From an uncultured Gemmatimonadales bacterium (GTDB taxonomy: Bacteria > Gemmatimonadota > Gemmatimonadetes > Gemmatimonadales > Gemmatimonadaceae): a DNA stretch of 64,000 nucleotides. The translations under genes and the position numbers were made by a program. The stretch covers positions 128,001-192,000 of the forward strand of contig CAWBZV010000003.1 in the NCBI GenBank assembly GCA_963793305.1. Reading direction: 5' to 3'. Under the pieces are notes generated by a model. The model was not told the DNA's origin and made no database searches. It saw only the letters and a program-made list of their open reading frames with translations. This document shows positions 48,661-58,073 of the stretch, one piece after another; the stretch's first letter is position 1, and each line of letters opens with the position of its first letter.

Positions 48661-50331
48661 GTGGCGAAACCCATTCTCCTATCGGTCGACGACGACCCGG
48701 AAGTCTCACGGGCCGTCGAGCGTGATCTCCGGCGAAAGTTCGGCGGCGACTATCGCGTAATGCGCGCCGAGTCGGGTCCAGCAGCCCTGGACGCGCTCGA
48801 AAAGCTGACGCTTCGCGGTGATCAGGTCGCCTTGCTGCTCGTGGATCAGCGTATGCCGGTCATGACCGGCGTCGAGTTCCTGGAGCGGGCCCTCAAGATT
48901 TACCCGAAGGCCAAGCGGGTGCTGCTGACCGCCTACGCCGATACCGACGCGGCGATCCGAGCGATCAATAGCGTCCGCATCGACTACTACCTCATCAAGC
49001 CGTGGGACCCGCCCGAGCAGAACCTCTATCCGTTTCTGACGGATCTGCTCGAGGATTGGAAGGGCGCGAACCGCCCGCCGTTCGACGGCATCCGCGTCAT
49101 CGGACACCGGTGGTCTCCGCAGTCTCATGCGTTGCGCGAGTTCCTGGGGCGCAACCTGATCCCCTACCAGTGGATCGACCTCGACGCGTCCAGCGAGGGC
49201 GCGTCGCTCGTCGAGCGCGCGGCCCAAGCTGCCGGCGGTGAACGGCCGAAGCTGCCGCTCGTGCTCTTCGCCGACGGCGTTCAGCTCGGTGATCCGGACC
49301 CCACGGCGGTCGCCGAGAAAGTCGGCCTCAAAACGCGCGCCGAGAAGCCCTTTTATGATCTCGCCGTTGTCGGCGCCGGCCCCGCGGGCCTGGCGGCCGC
49401 GGTCTATGGCGCGTCTGAAGGCCTCAAAACGATCATCGTGGAACGCGAGGCGCCCGGTGGCCAAGCGGGCACCAGCTCGCGGATCGAGAACTATCTGGGG
49501 TTCCCCGCCGGGCTCTCGGGAGCAGATCTGACCCGGCGCGGCGTGGCACAGGCCAGAAAATTCGGCGCCGAGATTCTCAACCCGCAAGAAGTCCGAAAAG
49601 TCCGGATCGAGGGGCAGTATCGCGTTCTGACACTTGGCGACGGTAGCGAGATCAGCGCGCGCGTGGTCGTCGTCGCCACGGGCGTTTCGTACCGGATGCT
49701 CGATATCCCGGGCGCCGAGGCGTTGACTGGCGCCGGGATGTACTACGGCGCCTCGACGGCCGAGGCGATCAACTGTCGCGATGAAGACGTCTACATCGTG
49801 GGCGGCGGGAATTCGGCCGGCCAGGCGGCCATGTTCTTCGCCCAGTTCGCGCGCCAGGTCACGATCCTCGTGCGCGGCTCTGGACTCGGCGCGACGATGT
49901 CCCAATACCTGGTAGACCAGATCGCGGCCACCCCGAACATTCGGGTGGAACCGCGCACACAGGTCGTCTCCGTCACCGGCAATGATCACCTGGAGTGCAT
50001 CACCGTCGAGTGCGCGGACCAGCAACGACAAGTGCGTCAGACCAACTCTTTGTTCGTGTTCATTGGCGCGGCGCCGCGCACCGATTTCCTCGGTGACACG
50101 GTGATGCGCGACAAGAATGGATTCATCATGACGGGTCCCGATCTCATCGTAGACGGCAAACGCCCGCCCGGATGGCCGCTCGATCGCGATCCATTCTTAC
50201 TCGAAGCGAGCGTCCCCGGCATCTTCTGCGCCGGTGACGTGCGACACCAGTCGATCAAGCGCGTGGCATCGGCGGTCGGCGAGGGATCGATCGCCGTGCA
50301 GTTCACGCATCAGTATTTAGCGCAGGCATAA
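48661..50331 (+). CDS. Response regulator receiver fused to a thioredoxin-reductase-like FAD/NAD(P)H oxidoreductase
   Basis: REC (VDDD, LVDQRMP, LLTAYAD, KPW), a Grx-like linker, then GAGPAG, GGQAG.SSRIENYLGFP, ATG, GGGNSA, GDVR...KRVASAVGEG. Confidence 0.92.
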   Translation: MAKPILLSVDDDPEVSRAVERDLRRKFGGDYRVMRAESGPAALDALEKLTLRGDQVALLLVDQRMPVMTGVEFLERALKIYPKAKRVLLTAYADTDAAIRAINSVRIDYYLIKPWDPPEQNLYPFLTDLLEDWKGANRPPFDGIRVIGHRWSPQSHALREFLGRNLIPYQWIDLDASSEGASLVERAAQAAGGERPKLPLVLFADGVQLGDPDPTAVAEKVGLKTRAEKPFYDLAVVGAGPAGLAAAVYGASEGLKTIIVEREAPGGQAGTSSRIENYLGFPAGLSGADLTRRGVAQARKFGAEILNPQEVRKVRIEGQYRVLTLGDGSEISARVVVVATGVSYRMLDIPGAEALTGAGMYYGASTAEAINCRDEDVYIVGGGNSAGQAAMFFAQFARQVTILVRGSGLGATMSQYLVDQIAATPNIRVEPRTQVVSVTGNDHLECITVECADQQRQVRQTNSLFVFIGAAPRTDFLGDTVMRDKNGFIMTGPDLIVDGKRPPGWPLDRDPFLLEASVPGIFCAGDVRHQSIKRVASAVGEGSIAVQFTHQYLAQA

Positions 50332-51783
50332 TGGAAACCAGCACGGAATCAGTGCTCACGGAAGCGGTGCTCCGCCGGTCGCCCTTGCTCGCCTCGTGCA
50401 GCAAGGTCGAGATCGACGCCGTCTTGTCGACGGCCACCGAACAACGGTTGGATGCCGATCAGGTCCTGTTCGAGGAGCAAGACGCCATCGACTCGGTTTG
50501 GATCATCGCCGAGGGTGAGCTCGAAGTCATAAAGCGGTTCAACGATGAAGACATTCTCGCGCGCGAGGAGGCCGGCGCGTTTTTCGGCGAGATCCCGGTC
50601 CTGACACACGAGCGGGCTTGGGTCAAGGTCCGCGCCATCGCCCCTTCGCGACTCGTCCGGATCCCGGAGCCGACATTCCGCTCGCTCATGGCGTCGTGCC
50701 CAACAGTCGCCGCGGCCGTCATGCGGGCGCTCGTCGACCGCGTCCGACGCTATACGATCCTGCTCCAAGAGCGCGAAAAACTGGCGGGACTCGGCACGCT
50801 CGCCGCCGGGCTCGCGCACGAGCTCAATAACCCTGCGTCCGCCGCGACCCGCGCCGTCACGCAGGCCGAAGAGATCATGGACACGTACCGGAACCTGGGC
50901 CGCCGTCTCGTGCAGCGCACCTGGACCGAGGCGGGACTCAACCTGGTCCAGGAGCTCGACGACGACGCGGCACTGCAGCCGGATACCAAAGAAGAGCTCG
51001 CGACCCTCGACCCCGTCGCGCGCAGCGACCGCGAAGACGCGCTCGCCAACTGGCTCTCGGAGCATGGCATCGACGACGCCTGGGAGTGCTCCCCGTCGCT
51101 CGTCGAGGCGGGATTCACGCCGAAACGACTGAGCGAGCTGGCCGAGGGCGTGAGCCCGGGCGAGCTGCAAGCCGCGCTCGAATGGGCCGAGGCGAACGCG
51201 CGACTCCGGCAACTGTTCGGCGAGATTCGCCAGAGCACCGGGCGGATCTCGGAGCTCGTCGCCGCCGTCAAGGGCTACTCGCACGCCGACCGCGTGACCC
51301 CGAAAGTCGCCAACGTCCACATGGCGATCGAGAACACCCTCACGATGCTCGGCTACAAACTCCGCGCGGCCAACATCCATGTGCAGCGCGAGTACGACCG
51401 GACGCTGCCCAAGATCAAGACGTTCGGCGCCGAGCTCCACCAGGTCTGGACCAATTTGATCGACAACGCCATCGACGCCATCGGCAGCGATGCGTCCAGA
51501 GCGAAACCTGGCGGCACGATTACCGTACGGAACGTCACGGAGCGGTGCCTGCGCCCAAGTCGACGTGATCGACGATGGCCCGGGGATTCCACCCTCGGCG
51601 CTGCCCCGATTGTTCGAAGCGTTCTTCACGACCAAGGAGGTCGGCAAAGGGACAGGCCTCGGTCTAGAAATTGTGCGGCGGATCGTGACGCGGCACGATG
51701 GCACCGTGTCGGTCTCGCCGGAACCGGGTGCCACCACGTTCACCGTTCGACTCCCGTTTGCCAGCGACGAGGCGAAATCATGA
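50331..51783 (+). CDS. cNMP-binding-domain histidine kinase (frameshift at 51530)
   Basis: cNMP fold (GELEV, FFGEIPVL), LAHELNNP, QVWTNLIDNAIDA, DDGPGI, FFTTKEVGKGTGLGL. Confidence 0.9.
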
Positions 51784-52046
51784 CGACCACGTGCACCCAT
51801 CGCGATCAGATCCGCAACGTCGCGCCCCGCACCCCAAAGGGTTGCGAAGAGTGCCTCAAGACCGGCGATACCTGGGTTCACCTGCGCCTCTGCCGGACCT
51901 GCGGGCACGTGGGTTGCTGCGATTCGTCCAAGAACAAGCACGCCACCAAGCATTTCCATTCCTCCCACCACCCTATCATGAAGTCGTTCGAGCGCGGTGA
52001 AGATTGGGGGTGGTGTTACATCGACAACATGGAAGTCGACGCGTGA
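51780..52046 (+). CDS. UBP-type zinc finger protein
   Basis: MTTTCTH...GCEECLK.G..WVHLRLCRTCGHVGCCDSS.NKHATKHF...HP...SFE.GEDW.WCY. ATGA overlap with the upstream stop. Confidence 0.92.
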   Translation: MTTTCTHRDQIRNVAPRTPKGCEECLKTGDTWVHLRLCRTCGHVGCCDSSKNKHATKHFHSSHHPIMKSFERGEDWGWCYIDNMEVDA

Positions 52047-53443
52047 ATACAACCACTGGCATCACCGCAGACGATCTCAAGATCATCACCATCCTCGCTG
52101 ACCTGCCGGACGAGGATCGCGAGTGGATCGCCGAGCACTCGACGGAGCGCACCGCCGTCAGGGGTGAGACCGTGTTCACTCCCGGCCAGCCGGCCGATTA
52201 CATGTACTTCATCATCTCGGGCGCGCTCGAGTTCCGGCGTACGGACCGCGAAGCCGATGCGCCCAATTTCATCGCGCGCGCTGGTGATACGAGTGGTCGT
52301 ATCCCGTTTTCGCGGATGAAGACCATGCAGGGGAGCGGACGGGCCATACTGGACACGCGCGCCGCGGTGTTCCCGGCGACGCTGTTTCCCGACCTGCTCA
52401 AGCGCATCCCGGTGCTGGAGCCGCGGCTCGTCGCGATCCTCACCGATCGCGTCCGCGAGACCGAGCGCAAAGACCACGAGTACGAGCGCTTCCGCCTCCT
52501 CGGCCGCATCTCGGCCGGCATGGCCCACGAGCTCAATAATCCCGTGGCCGCGGCGCGCCAAGCGTCGACCGAGCTGCGCGACCGCATCGACGCGATACAC
52601 CGGTTCACCATTGAGATGGTGGAGGCCGGTGTCGACGCGGCCTCACTCAAGGGTCTCAACGAGGAGCGCATCGAGGTCGCCCGACGCCATCCGCCGGTGC
52701 TCGATCCCATCGAGCGCAGCGAGCGCGAAGAAGCGATGACCGCCAGGCTCGCGGATGTGGGGATTCCCGATCCGTGGGTGAGCGCGGCGACGTTCGTGGC
52801 CGCCGGTATGACGTGCGAGGAGCTCCGGGCCGCGAGCGACTGCATCCCGGCTGAGAAACTCAAGCCCGTCATCTGCTGGATGGCGGCCGCCGTCTCGGCC
52901 GACACGCTGCTGCGCGAGGTCGCCCAATCCACCGTCCGCGTGTCCGATCTCGTCAACGCGGTCAAAGCGTACACGCAGATGGACCGGCCCAGCGCCAAAG
53001 AGTATGTCGATATCCGGAAGGGCATCGATGCGACGCTGGGACTGTTCTCCTCGCGGCTCGAAGAGAAGCACATCACGATATCGCACCAATTCGCCGATCT
53101 GCCGAAGGTCTCGGTGTACGTCAGCGACATCAATCAGGTATGGGCGAACCTCCTGTCGAACGCGATCGACGCGGTCGAGGTCGGCGGGCATATTACGCTC
53201 ATGGGCTGTCGCGAGGGCGAGACCCACGTGCGCATCGACATCATGGACGATGGCGTGGGTATCCCTGACGACCTGCAGGAGCGCGTCTGGGAGCCGTTCT
53301 TCACGACGAAGGAAGTCGGCCAGGGCACCGGCCTCGGGCTCGACATCGTGCGCCGCATCGTCGTGCGGCGGCACGAAGGGACCGTGTCACTCCGGTCGTC
53401 TCCGGGCGACACGGCGTTCACCGTCATTCTTCCCGTGAACTAA
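52043..53443 (+). CDS. Second cNMP-binding-domain histidine kinase
   Basis: GETVF.PGQPA, MAHELNNP, QVWANLLSNAIDA, DDGVGI, FFTTKEVGQGTGLGL. Confidence 0.9.
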   Translation: MNTTTGITADDLKIITILADLPDEDREWIAEHSTERTAVRGETVFTPGQPADYMYFIISGALEFRRTDREADAPNFIARAGDTSGRIPFSRMKTMQGSGRAILDTRAAVFPATLFPDLLKRIPVLEPRLVAILTDRVRETERKDHEYERFRLLGRISAGMAHELNNPVAAARQASTELRDRIDAIHRFTIEMVEAGVDAASLKGLNEERIEVARRHPPVLDPIERSEREEAMTARLADVGIPDPWVSAATFVAAGMTCEELRAASDCIPAEKLKPVICWMAAAVSADTLLREVAQSTVRVSDLVNAVKAYTQMDRPSAKEYVDIRKGIDATLGLFSSRLEEKHITISHQFADLPKVSVYVSDINQVWANLLSNAIDAVEVGGHITLMGCREGETHVRIDIMDDGVGIPDDLQERVWEPFFTTKEVGQGTGLGLDIVRRIVVRRHEGTVSLRSSPGDTAFTVILPVN

Positions 53444-53826
53444 TGCGAACGCGACGAGGCGTCACGGCGATCGAGATTGTGTTAATCGTCGCCATCATCT
53501 GCCTCCTCGTCGCGATCGCGTTTCCCTGGTTCACGCGCGCGGGCCGCCAGCAGGGGGCCTACGACGCTCGGCAAACGCTGGAGCACCTGCGCGACGCCGA
53601 GGACGCGTACTTCGCGAAGCACCACAAGTACGGGACGCTCACCGACAGCATCGACTATCACGTGCCGCCCAATGTGCACGTCGCGATCGGTGGCGATGGC
53701 ATAGCGTCTGGCAAAGGCTGGAACGCAACGGCCGTAGCCAACTCGGCCACGTGCTACCTCGGCGTGGGCGCCGACACGGTCATCGCGGACGTGCATCTGA
53801 GCGACGGCCACGTCCTCTGCCCGTAG
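53443..53826 (+). CDS. Type IV pilin-like protein
   Basis: Class III signal RRG/VTAIE (Glu+5), hydrophobic helix to P22, C-terminal Cys pair. Confidence 0.85.
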   Translation: MRTRRGVTAIEIVLIVAIICLLVAIAFPWFTRAGRQQGAYDARQTLEHLRDAEDAYFAKHHKYGTLTDSIDYHVPPNVHVAIGGDGIASGKGWNATAVANSATCYLGVGADTVIADVHLSDGHVLCP

Positions 53827-55325
53827 TCACTGCCCGTTCAGTCACGGCCAGCGCGCCGTCGACCGCCAGCGCCAGTAACGCCGCGGGGATCGCGCCCGAC
53901 AGAATCATTCGCGTGTCTGACAGCGCGAGCCCGGACACGATCGGGTCGCCAAGGCCTCCAGCGCCAATAAACGCCGCCAGCGTCGCCGTACCGACATTGA
54001 TCACGGCAGCAGTTCGGATCCCGGCCATGATCACCGGCGCGGCAAGCGGGAGCCTCACGTAGAGCAGTACCTGGCGTCCGGTCATGCCGAGCGCCTCGGC
54101 CGCGTCGGCCGCGCCGGGATCGGCGTCTCTCAGGCCAGTATACGTATTTCTGATAATGGGATAGAGCGAGTAGAGAAAGAGCGCGACGAGCGCCGGGAAG
54201 ACGCCGATCCCGAATAAGGGGATCATGAACGCGACAAGCGCGATCCCTGGGACCGTCTGCAACACTCCGACCGCGCGAATCACCGTCTCGGCCCGCGTGG
54301 GTATGGCCGTGAGCAGCAACGCGAGCGGAATCGCGAACAGGATCGCCGCGCCGAGTGAGATGGCCACCAATTCCAAATGCCGTCCGGTCAGCGCGGCCAG
54401 ATGTTCTTCCCGAACGTACTCCAGTAACGTCGCGCGTCGCGCTTGTGGCCCGAATGTCCCGGCCGTGTCGCCAACCAGAATGCAGCGAGACGAGCGTGCT
54501 GTGGGCAATGACGGAGACGGGCACGCCTTCGACTTCGAGCTGTCGATTGAGCGCCCGCATGCGCGCGACGTTGATGCGATCCGACAACTCGCTCAACGCC
54601 AACACCGCGCGCGGTGCATCGCGGAGCAGCGCCGGCCCAACCACCGCGACCGCCTCGTACGGCGGGAACGCGTGTCGATCGTCGCTGAGCACCACGACTT
54701 GGTACCGCTCGATCGACCCGTCGGTCTCGTACCCGTCGATGACATCGACGGCACCCTGGACCAGCGCCTGATACTTCACCGCCGGCAGCAGCGCCTTGAC
54801 CTCGGCGAGGTGCAGGCCATACACCCTGCCGAGCGCGGGCAGTCCATCGGGCCGTCCGATAAAATCCGCGGTGAGACCGCCGCGCAGGCGTGAGCTCACG
54901 CGGGCGAGATCGCTCAGAGTCGTCAGGTGCAACGAATCCGCGGTCGATTTTCGTACGGCCATCGCGTACGTGTTCTCGAAGCCGAGCGGCGGCAGCCAGC
55001 GCACCCCGTCCCGGCGGCCGAGCGCGGTTGCCACGCGTGAATAGACCGCCCTCGGGTCGCCACTCGCCATGCTATCGCCCAAGATCGCCAGGAGTCCCGT
55101 GCCCGTGTACTCGGGGTACACGTCGATCGCGCCCTTGACCAACGCGGGGTACGCGATCAACGTCTGGCCGAGCCCAGGTCGCCGTTCGACCTGGAACCCG
55201 CGGGCCTCGAGGAGTTGCGCGAACATCTCGGCCAGGATGTACGACTCGCCGAATGGCTTCGATCCCACGATGACGGGCCGTGTCCCACCAATGATGAACG
55301 CCGCGACGATCAGATAGCGCGTCAT
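53780..55325 (-). CDS. Fused OpuAC-type substrate-binding domain plus permease (EgtU/OpuBC-like; frameshift at 54478)
   Basis: GSKPFGES, DVYPEYTGT, GFENTYA, RPDG, DDRHAFPPY; then HLELV, QTVPGIAL, LYPIIRNTY.G, GMT..Q, GAGGLG. Confidence 0.88.
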
Positions 55326-56053
55326 TGAACGTGCGCCCGCTCGAAAAGAGTCGAGACATACTCGGTGGCCGGTGTCGCGAGCAGCTCGCCGGGCGGCGCG
55401 TACTGCTCGACGTGCCCCTGATGCATCACGGCGATCCGATCGGCGAGCTCAATGGCCTCGCGCAGATCGTGCGTGACCAGAATCGCCGTCGTGCCGAGGC
55501 GCCGGCGCAGATCCCGGAAGGCGTCCTGCAACTCCGTCCGCGTGATGGCATCGAGCGCGCCGAACGGCTCGTCGAGCAACAATACCGTGGGATCCGCCGC
55601 GAGCGCCCGCGCGATCGCCACCCGCTGCCGCTGACCTCCTGACAATTCACTCGGCCACCGCGCCGCGAATGTCGCCGGCTCGAGGCCGACGAGGTCTAAC
55701 GCGCGATCGGCAAGGTCGCTCCCGTTTTTGCCGAGGAGCCACGGCACCAACGCCACGTTGCGGCGCACGCGCCAGTGGGGCAGCAGTCCGCCATCTTGCG
55801 GCACGTAGCCCATCTGGCGACGGAGTGTGACCGGATCCAGCTCGGCGGTCTGGCGATCATTGAACCAGATGACGCCGGAATCCGGCTCGACCATCCGGTT
55901 GATCGTACGGAGCAGCGTGGTCTTGCCGGACCCGCTCTCGCCAATGAGCGCCACGCATTCGCCCGACTTGATGTCGAGCGACACGTTGTCGAGTGCGGTT
56001 ATCGTGGATGACCAGCGCTTCGTGAGATTCTCGATGCGAAGCGCCGCGGTCAT
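55322..56053 (-). CDS. Osmoprotectant/ergothioneine-type ABC ATPase (OpuA/EgtV-like)
   Basis: GESGSGKTT, INRMVEPDSG, LRRQMGYVPQ..GLLPH, LSGGQRQRV, LLDEPFGALD, VTHD. Confidence 0.92.
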   Translation of the reverse strand: MTAALRIENLTKRWSSTITALDNVSLDIKSGECVALIGESGSGKTTLLRTINRMVEPDSGVIWFNDRQTAELDPVTLRRQMGYVPQDGGLLPHWRVRRNVALVPWLLGKNGSDLADRALDLVGLEPATFAARWPSELSGGQRQRVAIARALAADPTVLLLDEPFGALDAITRTELQDAFRDLRRRLGTTAILVTHDLREAIELADRIAVMHQGHVEQYAPPGELLATPATEYVSTLFERAHVQ

Positions 56054-56056
56054 GTG

Positions 56057-57178
56057 TTACCCTGGCTGGAATGCCTCCACGAGCTCCACGTCCGCGGGAT
56101 CCAGAAACTCGGGACCGAGCCGACGACAACCCTGGAGCGCGATGTCGAGCAGATCGCGCGTCGCATGCTCGCGACTCGCGCGCGCGAGACGATCGGGATC
56201 CGGGGCGCCGAGCAGGTCGAGCGCCGCGGCGCGGGCTCCGGGATCGTACGCGAGACCGCCGAGCAGCGCGGGCGGCACGATGTAGTGCTCCGCGGGTACC
56301 GCGTCAGCCGACCGCACCTCGAAGGTCCCACGCGCGCGTACCTCCGGGAAGAGGGTCGTCAGATGCACCGCCCAATCGTGCTCGTTCACGAGACCCGCCG
56401 CAAGCAGCTCACCGAATGGCCGATATATACCATCGTCGTCCGCATGCATCATAGCCGGCGCACCCAGCGCAAACGCCTCATACTCGGCCACCGGGTCGTC
56501 GCCGCCCGGCAAGATGCCAGTCCGCTTGGGATCGAGCATCCGCCAGACGTGCGCTCGGTAGCTCCGGTACCCAGTTGGCTGTCCCTCGTAGATCGCGGAG
56601 TTGGCGAACATACTGACGACCACGGGGGCGGCCGCATTCAAGAGGCGCCAGAGGGCGGAGGGGTTCTCGCTCGTATCCAGACTCACCTGGAACGACGCGG
56701 TCTGCCGCATCATGCGCGCGCCAAACGGCCCGATGGTGCTGAAATACGCGTCCATCTTGGGGTACCGCGCGCCGCCGATTTGCAGTGTCGTGCTTTCGAC
56801 GGCGTTGCAGGGATCGATGCCGAGCGCCACGAGGTCAACGCCCTCGACCTCCGCGCCCTCGCGCATGATCGCCTCTACCTCGCGGAGCTTGGCCGCCAGC
56901 AGAGACGCCGACCGATAGGGCGGCGCGCTGTATTCGATCTGGCCGCCGGGCTCGAACGTGATCGCGCCCTGGTCATCGGCCGAGAAATTCGGAATGCAAT
57001 ACGGTCCGCCAAATTCTTCCAGACCGAGGCGCATGGCGGTTCGCCGGGCGACGCGCAACGAGCGGGCGATCGGGACCGGCCGTCGCGTCACCCCATCGAC
57101 CGGGATGAACTCGATCTCGGCCCCGATGAGCCGATTCGTGTTCGGAACGAAGAGACTACTCAGCGACGACCAGTGCAT
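56057..57178 (-). CDS. egtA: Glutamate-cysteine ligase (GCS2), EgtA-like
   Basis: IGAEIE, ITFEPGGQIEYS, RYPKM, MMRQTASFQVSLD, MFANS, SYRAHVW, HLTTLFPEVR..G.FEVRSAD. In an operon with egtB and egtD. Confidence 0.8.
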   Translation of the reverse strand: MHWSSLSSLFVPNTNRLIGAEIEFIPVDGVTRRPVPIARSLRVARRTAMRLGLEEFGGPYCIPNFSADDQGAITFEPGGQIEYSAPPYRSASLLAAKLREVEAIMREGAEVEGVDLVALGIDPCNAVESTTLQIGGARYPKMDAYFSTIGPFGARMMRQTASFQVSLDTSENPSALWRLLNAAAPVVVSMFANSAIYEGQPTGYRSYRAHVWRMLDPKRTGILPGGDDPVAEYEAFALGAPAMMHADDDGIYRPFGELLAAGLVNEHDWAVHLTTLFPEVRARGTFEVRSADAVPAEHYIVPPALLGGLAYDPGARAAALDLLGAPDPDRLARASREHATRDLLDIALQGCRRLGPEFLDPADVELVEAFQPG

Positions 57179-58073
57179 AGCCGTGCCGTTCGTCCACGTT
57201 CCACATCGTGACCCGGAGTCCCGCGGCGCCGAGGATGGCGGTCAGCCGCCGGCGATCGTACTTGTTGCTGATCTCCGTGCGAATGGACTCGCCGTGACGG
57301 ATGTAAACGGATCCCGCGTCGGGAATCGAAATACACAGGTCGCGCGTCGCCATGAGGTGCATCTCGATCCGCCCGGCCTCGGCGTTATAGAACGCCAGGT
57401 GCTCGAAGAGCTCCGGGTGGAAGTCGACGCCAAGCTCGCGGCCGACGACGTACAGGATGTTGCGATTGAACTCGGCGGTGACGCCGCGAGAATCGTTGTA
57501 CGCGGCATCGAGCGTCGCGTGATCCTTCACGAGATCGGCGCCGAGGAGCAGGCGATCTCCCCCTTTCATGCGGGCCCGAATCCGCGAGAGCAGGCCGACC
57601 GCGTCGTCATCGCTGAAATTGCCGATCGTACTGCCCAAAAAGGCGTACAACGCCGGCCGGGCAGGCGCAGCGGGGGCATTACGTGTCATGTCAGCAACGA
57701 TCGGAACAACGCGCAGCCGTGGATACTCGGCGCGCAGTTGCAGAGCGGTATCGGCCAGAAACGCCGCGCTCACATCGACGGGGACATACGTCGTGAGCCC
57801 GGACATCGCGTCGAGCAGAATCCGCGTCTTCTCGGCGTTCCCCGCGCCAAGCTCCACGAGCGTCGTCGCGACGAGCGTCGGCGCAACAGCGTGCAGCAGC
57901 CCGCGCTCGGCGCGCGTGAGATAATACTCGGGGAGCCTCGTGATCTCCTCGAACAGCTCCGAGCCGCGCTGATCGTAGAAATACTTCGGCGAGAGCTCCT
58001 TGGGCTCCCGATGCAGGCTCTCCCACACCTCGGCGATGACGCCGGAGTCGGTCCGATGAATAGTCTCAGTCAT
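57156..58073 (-). CDS. egtD: L-histidine N-alpha-methyltransferase
   Basis: KELSPKYFYDQRGSELFEEITRLPEYYLTRAE, LVELGAG..EKT, FLGSTIGN, AYNDSRGVTAEFN, IRTEISNKY. ATG 58073. Confidence 0.95.
   Translation of the reverse strand: MTETIHRTDSGVIAEVWESLHREPKELSPKYFYDQRGSELFEEITRLPEYYLTRAERGLLHAVAPTLVATTLVELGAGNAEKTRILLDAMSGLTTYVPVDVSAAFLADTALQLRAEYPRLRVVPIVADMTRNAPAAPARPALYAFLGSTIGNFSDDDAVGLLSRIRARMKGGDRLLLGADLVKDHATLDAAYNDSRGVTAEFNRNILYVVGRELGVDFHPELFEHLAFYNAEAGRIEMHLMATRDLCISIPDAGSVYIRHGESIRTEISNKYDRRRLTAILGAAGLRVTMWNVDERHGYALVVAE

Noticed and set aside
50331..52046. Kinase-UBP zinc finger fusion (571-aa track ORF)
   Set aside because: Artefact of the extra A at 51530. The kinase G-boxes continue in another frame to 51783 and the ZnF has its own ATG at 51780.
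45180..52052. Long antisense ORFs (575, 441 and 567 aa) and similar ones elsewhere
   Set aside because: Shadow frames of high-GC genes, Arg/Ala-rich and without motifs.
8148..54508. Programmed frameshifting or mass pseudogenisation
   Set aside because: The shifts lack slippery heptamers, I saw no in-frame nonsense codons, catalytic motifs are intact, and most shifts share one error signature.
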